Shown: positions 16,127-24,617 of the stretch, piece after piece
Layout: each line of letters begins with the position of its first letter
How positions within the stretch are numbered: position 1 is the stretch's first letter
Assembly: GCA_937996705.1 (NCBI GenBank)
Contig: CALKUQ010000041.1
Coordinates: 26,125-90,124, forward strand
Direction of reading: 5' to 3'
Source of the DNA: an uncultured Chlamydiae bacterium
GTDB taxonomy: Bacteria > Chlamydiota > Chlamydiia > Chlamydiales > 2-12-FULL-49-11
Length of the DNA stretch: 64,000 nt
Position numbers and translations under genes: made by a program
Notes under the pieces: model-generated
Database searches by the model: none
Seen by the model: only the letters and a program-made list of their open reading frames with translations
What the model was told of the DNA's origin: nothing

Positions 16127-17974
16127 ATGCTAAAAAAACATGATAATAATGATTTTACTGCCGATGAACCAATGGGAAAGAACTCTTCCAATAGAGAAGA
16201 AGAGTTAAAAGCTCACGCCTTTTTATTCCCTATAGATGAAACAGAAGAATTTCACGACCCCTTCTCAGATCTCTCCCTATTTTTAGCAAAAAAAATCAAA
16301 CAAGAAATTTCTAGAAGCTCCTCGTTAAAGAAATGGTCGAGAAATATTCAGACTGATTTGTTAAAATCTATCCTCCCCGATTTTAATAAAAAATTTCCTA
16401 AATACCGCTTAGGGGGTAACGCTCTTAAAAAAACGTGGGATAAAGTTCTTTACTACGTCCAATTCATTCAAAAGCAAAAAGAATCTCTTTCGGCAGACGG
16501 AAAATTAAATATCTCCTACCTAATCCAGCAAAATTTAAAAAATCTTTTGCAAAACCCTAATTCCTCTGATCTTCACCCTTACACCACTGCTCACAATTTA
16601 GCCGTAAAAATTTCTGAGTGTGTTGCAACAATTGATGGAGAAAGGGCGAATTTAGAATCTCTTACAAAGACAATTTGGGCAATTCAAAGACACATCATCC
16701 CAAAACCTTCGACCCCCTCCCCTTTTGACCGCTACGACCAAATCGATAAATTCATCGTAAGATTTCAGTTAGAAGAGATAGCAAAACATCGCGATTCCAC
16801 ACCAGATCAAGTGAGCAATTCTACAATCAAAAAGATTGAAACTTTAAAACTCTTGCAAAGACTAAAAAATAGCGACGATTTGATTGCAGCCGTCTCTTTT
16901 GTTTTAGCAGAAAACCTCTATCCCAATCTAAAACTCCATAAGAAAATCCCCTCCGACCAAATTACCCAACTTTCTAATTTCGTCAAAAACCAACTGATGG
17001 AACAAAAAGCTTCAGGGAATCTTAAGGAAGAAAAAGATTGTATTCATGCAGCTCAAAAAATATTTTTCTTATACAAACTTGCCTCTCAATTATCCCCTTC
17101 AGAAACCAAACACAACCTTGAAACCGCAGTCGAGTACGTCTACAATCTATCTCAAGGACCATTTTCTCCCAATTGCCCCGTTCTCCGACCAGAAGTTTTC
17201 ACCTTTATTAATGCAGAAATTTCCAATCTCAAAGAGCGCAAAGTTGAGAATCCCTTAGAGAGCGTCCTCAATACTTTAATGAAATGTTTTAGTGAGGCAA
17301 AAAATCTCCCCAAATTAGACCCCGAGCACTTTGATGAAGTTGAAATTGTAATTTGGAAAATTCTCTCCGAAGTCTATGCACCTCAAGAAAAAATGCCCCC
17401 CTTTGTAAAAGAGACCTTGTCTTACGAACTTGCTAACATCTACATCGATCACCCTAAAGAATCGTTTCAAAAAATTCTCACCGTCTCTCTTGGCTATTTT
17501 AGAAAACTTCAGACAATCGACACATCCCATCTTGATCGAAAGGCAAATTTTTGGGCCCTCCAAAACGACATGATTTGCAACTTCCTTCACTTTGATGAGA
17601 CTACCCCTCTCCTTAAACTGATCTCTAGAGTTTGGAAAAGTGAATCGTCAACCCCTTTAAGTCATACCGCTTTTATCGAGAAAGTGCTTGCGATCTATCT
17701 TAAAAACAACTCTTCGATCACTGAGTGGAAATCGGTTCTCCATACAAGAATCACAATCATGTATAAATATTTTTGGTATAACAACTTAAAAAAAGAGCGA
17801 GAGACTGCCTACGACCGCTTCTTACACTGGCATCTCCACGACCTTCTCTCCAGCACCCAAAAAGAATTCCCCGAAACCCTCCTCATCCGCCTTGAAGAAA
17901 AGACTAAATCTCTCATCCCCCTTGCCCCTTTTATCCCTAAACATGCCGCCTCGTTCCTCGGAAAAAATTATTAA
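16127..17974 (+). CDS. Hypothetical protein (615 aa, predicted all-helical, no motif recognised)
   Basis: Long uninterrupted ORF with GAGGAA upstream of the ATG. No overlapping alternative. Confidence 0.55.
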   Translation: MLKKHDNNDFTADEPMGKNSSNREEELKAHAFLFPIDETEEFHDPFSDLSLFLAKKIKQEISRSSSLKKWSRNIQTDLLKSILPDFNKKFPKYRLGGNALKKTWDKVLYYVQFIQKQKESLSADGKLNISYLIQQNLKNLLQNPNSSDLHPYTTAHNLAVKISECVATIDGERANLESLTKTIWAIQRHIIPKPSTPSPFDRYDQIDKFIVRFQLEEIAKHRDSTPDQVSNSTIKKIETLKLLQRLKNSDDLIAAVSFVLAENLYPNLKLHKKIPSDQITQLSNFVKNQLMEQKASGNLKEEKDCIHAAQKIFFLYKLASQLSPSETKHNLETAVEYVYNLSQGPFSPNCPVLRPEVFTFINAEISNLKERKVENPLESVLNTLMKCFSEAKNLPKLDPEHFDEVEIVIWKILSEVYAPQEKMPPFVKETLSYELANIYIDHPKESFQKILTVSLGYFRKLQTIDTSHLDRKANFWALQNDMICNFLHFDETTPLLKLISRVWKSESSTPLSHTAFIEKVLAIYLKNNSSITEWKSVLHTRITIMYKYFWYNNLKKERETAYDRFLHWHLHDLLSSTQKEFPETLLIRLEEKTKSLIPLAPFIPKHAASFLGKNY

Positions 17975-18060
17975 CCTGAGTTGCGGGTTTATCTAATTTA
18001 CTTTCAATTTCACAAATACAAAAAGAAAAAATATCGCCGATTTCTCGCTTTGATAATCGG

Positions 18061-18093
18061 CTGTGGACTGCCCTGCCCTTTGGGCAACGGCAG
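18061..18093 (-). mobile_element. Short fragment related to the 5' part of the transposase-like ORF at the window end (IS remnant or shared hairpin motif)
   Basis: The reverse complement CTGCCGTTGCCCAAAGGGCAGGGCAGTCCAC matches nt 63970-64000 (CTGCCATTGCCCACAGGGCAGGACAGTCCAC) at 28 of 31 positions. Similarity stops exactly at 18093/18094. Confidence 0.45.
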
Positions 18094-18094
18094 T

Positions 18095-18250
18095 GTGAGC
18101 TTGAGGGTCAGACGTGAGCTTGAGGGTCAGACGTGAAATTCTGAAAAAATCTTAATATTTCAAAATTTCAAGTATGATCCCTAAGTCTATTTGTTAAGAT
18201 TTTTTCACGATTTCACGTCTGACCCTCAGAATTTGACCCTCAGAATTTCA
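18095..18250. repeat. 156-bp palindromic element with subterminal direct repeats (MITE-like or iteron/operator array)
   Basis: Left arm has a 19-nt unit GTGAGCTTGAGGGTCAGAC twice (18095-18132). Right arm has GACCCTCAGAATTT twice (18221-18248). A ~34-nt inverted repeat lies at 18122-18155 / 18194-18227 (GAGGGTCAGACGTGAAAT..GAAAAAATCTTAA) around an A+T-rich ~38-nt centre. Confidence 0.85.
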
Positions 18251-18380
18251 TAGAAAAAGGTCAATTCTTGCTGCGATGATCCCTTTGCTAGCCAACTAGA
18301 CTAGCTCTTGGAGCAGCCCTTTATGGCGAATAAGTAGGGAGCCGGGGTTAGACTAAAATTTGACAAATTAAAATATTAGA

Positions 18381-19253
18381 TTGTATCTTGGTGGAATGTA
18401 TTATATTCCTCTTCTATTAGCTTTAGGATCACTTTATGGAAGCGACCTTGCAAATGATTTCAAAGCTCGTGGCTATTCAGAAATTTGCGACAAAGACTAT
18501 ACAACCTCAACCTTTGACTCCCTGTATGAAAGTTTTGAGGAATTGATACAATTTCTTCAGACAAATAGAGGGTGGGCACAAAAATTGATGATCGCAAAAG
18601 AACAATTTATCCGCTCCAGCGATCGAAACTATTACGGAACCGATTTTTTCGGTTTTTATGATGAATCAAACCGAAAAGGAAGAGATCAGATATCCTTTTA
18701 CTATTCGGCCCATTTTCACCAATTTGTATCGTCTCACTTTCCAGAATTTAATGAAGTGCCTGAAATCTCCTCATTTTTAGAATCTTGTTTTAGAATTCAA
18801 AAAACTTACGGTCATTTGTTTATTGAGGCAGCTTTCGATTTAAATTTAGAAACCCTTTTTATGTTACACTCTGAAAATCTCCCCCCTCTTCTTTTTAAAG
18901 TAATCAAATACCTACCCTCATACATTCCAACAAGACCCCACTATGATGGGAGTGCATTGACCCTCTTTCTCCATAGCACAGACAATCAATCCCTCCTTCT
19001 TTCCCCTTATAAATCCTCATTTACAATCGCAGATTTTTCTTCCCCTTCTAGAAAGAGTCTTAACCAATTTGGTGAACCTGCAATGGTACTAATTCCTGGA
19101 AGCCATCTCACCGAATTTTCTCTCTTCCCAACGCCTCACATTGTTGTGCAAAGCAACAAAACTCGATACGCAACAGTCGCATTTGCTATGAGAGCTGATT
19201 ATAAAGTTCCAAAAACTAAGTTTTCTCTCCTTCCAAAATTTACCCATAACTAG
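18381..19253 (+). CDS. 2-oxoglutarate/Fe(II)-dependent oxygenase-like protein
   Basis: Pattern ...IKYLPSYIPTRPHYDGSALTLFLH (HxD) ... MVLIPGSHLTEFS ... TPHIVVQSNKTRYATVAFA (distal His, then R-x-[ST]) fits the 2OG-Fe(II) oxygenase jelly-roll core. TTG at 18381 or ATG at 18396. The stop is 7 nt before the next gene. Confidence 0.5.
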   Translation: MYLGGMYYIPLLLALGSLYGSDLANDFKARGYSEICDKDYTTSTFDSLYESFEELIQFLQTNRGWAQKLMIAKEQFIRSSDRNYYGTDFFGFYDESNRKGRDQISFYYSAHFHQFVSSHFPEFNEVPEISSFLESCFRIQKTYGHLFIEAAFDLNLETLFMLHSENLPPLLFKVIKYLPSYIPTRPHYDGSALTLFLHSTDNQSLLLSPYKSSFTIADFSSPSRKSLNQFGEPAMVLIPGSHLTEFSLFPTPHIVVQSNKTRYATVAFAMRADYKVPKTKFSLLPKFTHN

Positions 19254-19260
19254 GTGTTTC

Positions 19261-21795
19261 ATGTTTAAATTTTTGCTTTTTTTCCTCCCCGCCTATTCTT
19301 TATTTGCCATAACCACCCTTACTGTAACTCTAAGCTCTGATAACAATCCGGGCGGGATTGGAGATGTAGGAGATACACCAGATAGAGGAGATCTGAGATA
19401 CTGTTTGAATACGATGAATGCAAATCTAAATGCATCGCTTGATGATTATTATCAGATTGCCTTTGCATTTCCTATGACAATCCAACTTAATGGAATTCTC
19501 CCTATAATTAATAACTCATCAAACCTAGCAAATATTACAATCGGAAATTCAGACCCGAGCTACAGAGTTGTAATCGATGGGAATGATGGCGCTTACAGAG
19601 GTTTTTTCATCCCAAAGGGCATAGTGACGATTCAAAATATTGTCTTTCAAAACATGTGCGCTCAAGGGGGAACTGGAGGAGATGGCATTTCAGGCGGGGG
19701 TGGTGGGATGGGAGCTGGGGGAGCCATTTACGCACCTCAATTATTTTTAAACGGCTCATCCCCTTCTATTAGATTAATGAATGTCTTGATAAATTCCTGT
19801 TCTGCTATTGGAGGAGCTGGAGGAAATTATTCAGCTGACTCTATCACAGGGAATGAGGGTGGCGGAGGGGGCGGTGGCTTTAGCGGAAATGGAGGCTCTG
19901 TCACCACAAGTGGAGTTACAGGGGGAGCCGGTGGCGGTGGTTTTGGTGGGGATGGGGGAAATGTTACCCTTTCTACGGAATCTATTTCTGGAGGTGGGGG
20001 CGGCGGTGGCGGAGGAATAGGGTCAAAAGCTAATACGGAGACGCCTACAAACCTAGGAAACGGAGGATCCGATGTTGCTTCAGGGACTCCAGGCAGCGGC
20101 TATAACCTATCGGCTATTGGTGGCTCTGGCGGAGGGGGGAATTTAGGTGGATCCTACGCTGGTGGAGGGGGCGGAGGAAGCCCTACACCAATAATTACAT
20201 ATCCAGGTGGGGGTGGCGGAGGAAGTTCTGGTTCAAACGGAACTAAAGCTTACGGGACAATAGCTCCAGGAGGAGAGATTAGCCAGTCAGGGGGAAATGG
20301 AGGAGATGGAGGAGGGGGCGGCGGTGCTGGAGTTGTCTTTACTGCCCCTTCCTCAAGTGATACTGATGGAAAAGGGGGAGATGGTGGGTATGGTGGAGGC
20401 GGAGGTGGCGGTGCAGGAACTGGCGCGTATGATAGAGGCTACTCTGTTGCTGGAGGGAAAGGTGGAGTTGGTGGGGGCGGCGGTGGGGGCGGCGTTGACC
20501 AATCTGGGACGACACCTTCATCTGGAGGAAATTCCCTTGGGGGCGGTGGAGGCGGTGGTGGAGGCCCTTCGAGCGTAACCTCTACTGAGGGCGGGCATGA
20601 CAAAGGCTATCTTGGCGGCGGATCTGGAGGATCTGGCGCTAATTCTGGTGAAAGCGGCATCGGTGGTGGAGGGGGCGGAGGGGGAAGTGGCCTCGGAGGG
20701 GCAATTTTTGTCGACTCGGGCTTGAACTTCACCATTCAAGCTCTTCCGGGAGTGCCGACGAATTTTGACACAACAAACACGTCAACAACAGCTGGGAACC
20801 CTGGTGTTGGGGCTCCAGGAGCGGCTGATGGCTCTCGTGGCTTTGCTCTGGGAAATAGTATTTTTCTACGTTCAACCTCAACACTTACCCTCCTTGCAGA
20901 AAATGAGGACGATCTTTTAATACTTGGGGAAGGGGTCTCTTTCGTTGATGACACCGAGTTTATCCTAGAAGGAACAACTGTTGAAGTGACAGGAAACGGT
21001 ACTATTATCTACAATGGGGCCACTACTTATTCGGGAACTCTGCATATCAATAATGCAAATTTCAAACTCAATGGAATAATTAATGACACATCCGTCTCTG
21101 TCTCTAGAGATATAAGCTATAGCGCTCAAAGGGGGAAATTAAGTGGCAGAGGAACTTTGACAGGCAGTGTGAAAGTAAATTCGGGCATTATTTCTCCTGA
21201 CGCAAACCAGACCCTCACCCTTGGCAGTTTAATCCTAAATTCAGCAAACCCCGATACGAACACTCTAGAAAGTATAGTCCATGCGGAAATTAATAGTGCT
21301 GGGACATCTCTAATCTCTGTTACAGGAGCTGTAGCGCTTGCAGGGACCTTAGAAATCGATTTGGATCGAACGGCACTTCCAGGAACCTATATTTTACTTA
21401 CTTCCAGTGGCATTACAAATACTTTCGATTCTATTTCATTTGTTGGACCTACACCAAACTACTCGATCTCTTATCTTCCCCGCGAGAATCCTACCTTCAT
21501 ACAATTTGAGTTAAAAGCTCCTCCCCTTTTAAATCTCCAAGGAGCTCAAATGAAAAACACCTTCGCTTTCGAATACGAACTTTATAATGAACTCACTTGG
21601 GGCCCAAGCCTTTCAAATCAAACTATCGGCTATTTCATATTCCGCGATGGAGAAAAAATCGCAACTCTAGATGCTCAGACTACCACCTACCTCGATCACA
21701 ATAGAAAAAAGAATCTCTCCTACACCTACTCCATCACCTCATTTGACGCCTCTGGAAACGAAAGCATCCCAGAAACAATTACCATCAATCCCTAA
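19261..21795 (+). CDS. Exported glycine-rich Pmp-like beta-helix protein with a C-terminal Fn3-like domain and no autotransporter barrel
   Basis: Signal peptide MFKFLLFFLPAYSLFA. N-terminal GDLRYCLNTMNAN (CSLREA-like) motif. GGAI motifs (GAGGAIYA, LGGAIFVDS) and FxxN (IVFQNM). ~340 aa of poly-Gly blocks. An autotransporter-associated beta-strand repeat (GNGTIIYNGATTYSGTLHINNANFKLNG). The C-terminus (...GYFIFRDGEKIATLDAQTTTYLDHN...YTYSITSFDASGNES) looks like Fn3. Confidence 0.7.
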   Translation: MFKFLLFFLPAYSLFAITTLTVTLSSDNNPGGIGDVGDTPDRGDLRYCLNTMNANLNASLDDYYQIAFAFPMTIQLNGILPIINNSSNLANITIGNSDPSYRVVIDGNDGAYRGFFIPKGIVTIQNIVFQNMCAQGGTGGDGISGGGGGMGAGGAIYAPQLFLNGSSPSIRLMNVLINSCSAIGGAGGNYSADSITGNEGGGGGGGFSGNGGSVTTSGVTGGAGGGGFGGDGGNVTLSTESISGGGGGGGGGIGSKANTETPTNLGNGGSDVASGTPGSGYNLSAIGGSGGGGNLGGSYAGGGGGGSPTPIITYPGGGGGGSSGSNGTKAYGTIAPGGEISQSGGNGGDGGGGGGAGVVFTAPSSSDTDGKGGDGGYGGGGGGGAGTGAYDRGYSVAGGKGGVGGGGGGGGVDQSGTTPSSGGNSLGGGGGGGGGPSSVTSTEGGHDKGYLGGGSGGSGANSGESGIGGGGGGGGSGLGGAIFVDSGLNFTIQALPGVPTNFDTTNTSTTAGNPGVGAPGAADGSRGFALGNSIFLRSTSTLTLLAENEDDLLILGEGVSFVDDTEFILEGTTVEVTGNGTIIYNGATTYSGTLHINNANFKLNGIINDTSVSVSRDISYSAQRGKLSGRGTLTGSVKVNSGIISPDANQTLTLGSLILNSANPDTNTLESIVHAEINSAGTSLISVTGAVALAGTLEIDLDRTALPGTYILLTSSGITNTFDSISFVGPTPNYSISYLPRENPTFIQFELKAPPLLNLQGAQMKNTFAFEYELYNELTWGPSLSNQTIGYFIFRDGEKIATLDAQTTTYLDHNRKKNLSYTYSITSFDASGNESIPETITINP

Positions 21796-21878
21796 TCGCT
21801 CCCGATTTAAGAAATCATCTCTCTTGCTTTGATTCCTAAAATTTGAAATGCTATGGAAAACGAAAATGAGGTGAACCC

Positions 21879-23027
21879 ATGAGATTGTTTAAAATTTTTA
21901 TTTTGTTTATCGGATGTTTCTTAATTGCAGTCTTCGTCCCCTTGCTTGCTAAAGAAAAAAATGTCCCCTCTTTTCGAAAAAATAAAGGGAACTTTTCAAA
22001 ACAGAAACAGACTCATGTCTCAGGAAAAGTGATTATTTGTGGCGTCTGTAAGGATGTTGAGAAAGCTATCCCGTATTCGATTAAAAATCTCGAAACTTTA
22101 GGAGCCCTTTTTGATGATTACGCGATCTTCATCTATGAAAACAATTCTAGTGATCGGACGGCTGAACTGTTAAAGGACTGGGAGACAAAAAATAAGAAAA
22201 TTACCATCACCTCTGAAATAGTGGATGATGAGATTCTCTCGGAAACGTGCTTTAATAAGACCATTCAAAACGAATTCTATAGACCTGAAAGAATTGCTAG
22301 AGCTAGAAACATTGTCCTTGCTCAAGCAATGAACCCAGAACTTGATTCCTTTCAATATGTAATTTGGGTCGATCTAGATTTCGAACACCCCTTCCCCTTT
22401 CAAGCAATTATAGACACATTTTACTCTCAAATTAAATGGGATGCAGTATTTGCAAACGGGATCGACGACAAAGGAAATCTCTATGACACTTACGCTTTGC
22501 GTGACTATTCCCTCCCTATTGGCGCAGAACTGATTGGGAATCAATGGTGGGACATGCGAGGAAAGCTTAAATTAAAGTTAGATAAAAAGGGGACTTGGTA
22601 TCCCGTGTTTTCTGCATTTGGGGGAATGGGGATTTACAAAAGAGATGCTTTAAAGGGGTGTAAATATTCTGCTTTGGTTACAAAAGATTTAGAATCGTTT
22701 GAAAAAAACCTGATTTTTAGTGAAGAGTGGTCAAACCACCGAGAAATTCAATTGTATTTTACAGAGCTAAAAAAATGCACCTCTGTTGTGGAACTTCCCA
22801 TTTCACCTCATAAAGAAATGCCCTATTACAGCAGAGATTACCTCGGTGAAGGTTTCACCTTAGGAGAAAAAGAGGAAAATGGGCTAATTTTCAGAATGAA
22901 CTCAGGCGTCGGTCAATACCCCTCTATTTGCGAACACGTCCCCCTCCATGCTTCGATGAGTCTTCATGGGCACAAAAAGCTCTTTGTAAACCCAGCACTC
23001 GTCCTACACTACTTCGGCAGATCGTAA
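21879..23027 (+). CDS. GT-A-fold glycosyltransferase-like protein with an N-terminal signal anchor
   Basis: N-terminal TM segment IFILFIGCFLIAVFVPLL. Then ...IFIYENNSSDRTAELL..., ...RIARARNIVL... and a DxD-like VIWVDLDF, an arrangement reminiscent of nucleotide-diphospho-sugar transferases. Assignment is by eye only. Confidence 0.45.
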   Translation: MRLFKIFILFIGCFLIAVFVPLLAKEKNVPSFRKNKGNFSKQKQTHVSGKVIICGVCKDVEKAIPYSIKNLETLGALFDDYAIFIYENNSSDRTAELLKDWETKNKKITITSEIVDDEILSETCFNKTIQNEFYRPERIARARNIVLAQAMNPELDSFQYVIWVDLDFEHPFPFQAIIDTFYSQIKWDAVFANGIDDKGNLYDTYALRDYSLPIGAELIGNQWWDMRGKLKLKLDKKGTWYPVFSAFGGMGIYKRDALKGCKYSALVTKDLESFEKNLIFSEEWSNHREIQLYFTELKKCTSVVELPISPHKEMPYYSRDYLGEGFTLGEKEENGLIFRMNSGVGQYPSICEHVPLHASMSLHGHKKLFVNPALVLHYFGRS

Positions 23028-23055
23028 TATACTTGTTCCACTGAATCTAATGAAG

Positions 23056-23073
23056 GCCGGGCTTAAACCCGGC
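23056..23073. terminator. Short GC hairpin between convergent genes
   Basis: GCCGGG-CTTAAA-CCCGGC in the 56-nt gap between the stops at 23027 (+) and 23084 (-). No strong T-run. Confidence 0.35.
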
Positions 23074-23083
23074 AACACCTTAT

Positions 23084-24400
23084 TTAGAGGACAGCAGCAG
23101 CGATGGCGGCAAGCTTAGAGCGCTCTGTTGATTGGAAGTAAATGCTACCAAAGACATCGTGCTTTTTCATTCTGCCGATCAGATAGATAAGCCCATTGGA
23201 ATCTGCGTCGAGGTACGGGTTATCAATTTGAGAGGGATCTCCCAGAACGATGATTTTAGTGTTATCCCCAACCCTGGAAATAATCGTTTTCATTTCATGG
23301 GGCGTTAAGTTTTGAGCCTCATCAATAATAACATAGGTGTTTGTAAATGAGCGACCTCTCATGTAGGTGATCGCCTCTACTTGAAATTTTTCACTCTCTA
23401 AAATCCACTGTTTAGTCTCCCCTGCATTGTCAGAACCAGAGGCAGAACAAATATACTCTAAATTATCAAAAAATGGTGCAAGCCAAGCGCGAAGCTTCTC
23501 CTCTTTACTCCCAGGCAAGAAGCCTATATCCCTACCTACCGGTATAATAGATCTTGCAATCATGATTCTTGTGTAGACCCCCTCGTCAAACACTTTTCTG
23601 AGACCTGCTGCTAAAGCAAGCAGCGTCTTTCCTGTACCAGCACCCCCAGTAAAGACAACCAATTTCACATCATCTTTTAAAAGAAGGTCCATGGCACATT
23701 TTTGCTCGACATTTCGAGGTTTAATTCCCCAGATGTCTTGGGAAGACTTTGTCAAAGGAACGACTGTTTTGGTCTTAGCGTCAACTCTACCAATTGCTGA
23801 AGAGCCCTCTTCGCTTTTCATAATGAGATACTCATTGGGGCAGTGCTCCCCTTCTGGAATAGGAGTACTCCCATCCAGGTAAAATTTATCGATTTTGCTC
23901 TTGGACATGTCTATATATTTTAGACCTTTATGCATTGTTTCATAATTTTCACGCGCCGTTCTGTAGTTTTGCGTTTCAATCCCCGCTGTCTCAGCAAGAA
24001 TTTTAGTCACAGGGTCTTTTGAAAGGAGAAGGACTTTTGAACCCTCCTCTTGTATTTGAAAGGCGGTTGCTAAAAGTCTATGTCTATTTCGATCAGGGGT
24101 GAATGAGCTAGAACCCGATTTTTTCTTTTTATGGTCTTCGTCGAGCAAAATTCTTACCTGAGAGCCATTTTCTAGAACAATCCCTTGGCTAATGCTCCCC
24201 GTTTTCGACAACACCTCTATCCAACGCATGATAAATCTGGCGTGTTTGCCCATTTCATTATTTAGATGCTTTTTCTGGTCTAGCTCTTCAATCACAACAC
24301 TTGGTAAAACAATCATTTCGTTGGGATAATGATTGATCGAATCAGGATCGTGAAGCAAAACACTTGCATCAAAAATAAGGGATCTTTTAGCCATGAACAC
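23084..24400 (-). CDS. PhoH2-type protein: N-terminal PIN domain fused to a PhoH-like ATPase
   Basis: PIN-like N-terminus (LIFDASVLLHDP...VLPSVVIEELDQKK). Walker A GGAGTGKTLLALAAG, Walker B VIIDEAQNL. Confidence 0.85.
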   Translation of the reverse strand: MFMAKRSLIFDASVLLHDPDSINHYPNEMIVLPSVVIEELDQKKHLNNEMGKHARFIMRWIEVLSKTGSISQGIVLENGSQVRILLDEDHKKKKSGSSSFTPDRNRHRLLATAFQIQEEGSKVLLLSKDPVTKILAETAGIETQNYRTARENYETMHKGLKYIDMSKSKIDKFYLDGSTPIPEGEHCPNEYLIMKSEEGSSAIGRVDAKTKTVVPLTKSSQDIWGIKPRNVEQKCAMDLLLKDDVKLVVFTGGAGTGKTLLALAAGLRKVFDEGVYTRIMIARSIIPVGRDIGFLPGSKEEKLRAWLAPFFDNLEYICSASGSDNAGETKQWILESEKFQVEAITYMRGRSFTNTYVIIDEAQNLTPHEMKTIISRVGDNTKIIVLGDPSQIDNPYLDADSNGLIYLIGRMKKHDVFGSIYFQSTERSKLAAIAAAVL

Positions 24401-24559
24401 TCCAATTTATTATTTGAATCTATTTTTTGTCTTATGAACCATGTCAAATATCCGATACAACCTTTTTCTAAAAAAAATTTAATAGATTTTATTAACTCAT
24501 TTGTAATTAGGCGATTAAGAAATATATTCAGCAGATAGACTTATTGAGTGCTAATTTTG

Positions 24560-24588
24560 TTGACTAAAGCACTACCCTTTTTTATAAT
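24560..24588 (+). promoter_or_regulatory. Near-consensus sigma70-type promoter for ORF 24618
   Basis: TTGACT (24560-24565), a 17-nt spacer, then TATAAT (24583-24588). GAAGGTG lies before the ATG at 24618. Confidence 0.55.
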
Positions 24589-24617
24589 GATAGGTAGAAA
24601 CATCCTTTGAAGGTGCT

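Noticed and set aside
18095-18132. Tandem 19-nt repeat considered as a CRISPR or minisatellite
   Set aside because: There are only two directly abutting copies with no spacers, and no cas genes. It is better explained as part of the palindromic element.
19808-20954. Five 60-93-codon ORFs in alternative frames or strands within the Pmp-like gene
   Set aside because: They arise from the GGN-rich low-complexity region, which has few stop codons in any frame. They have no independent support.
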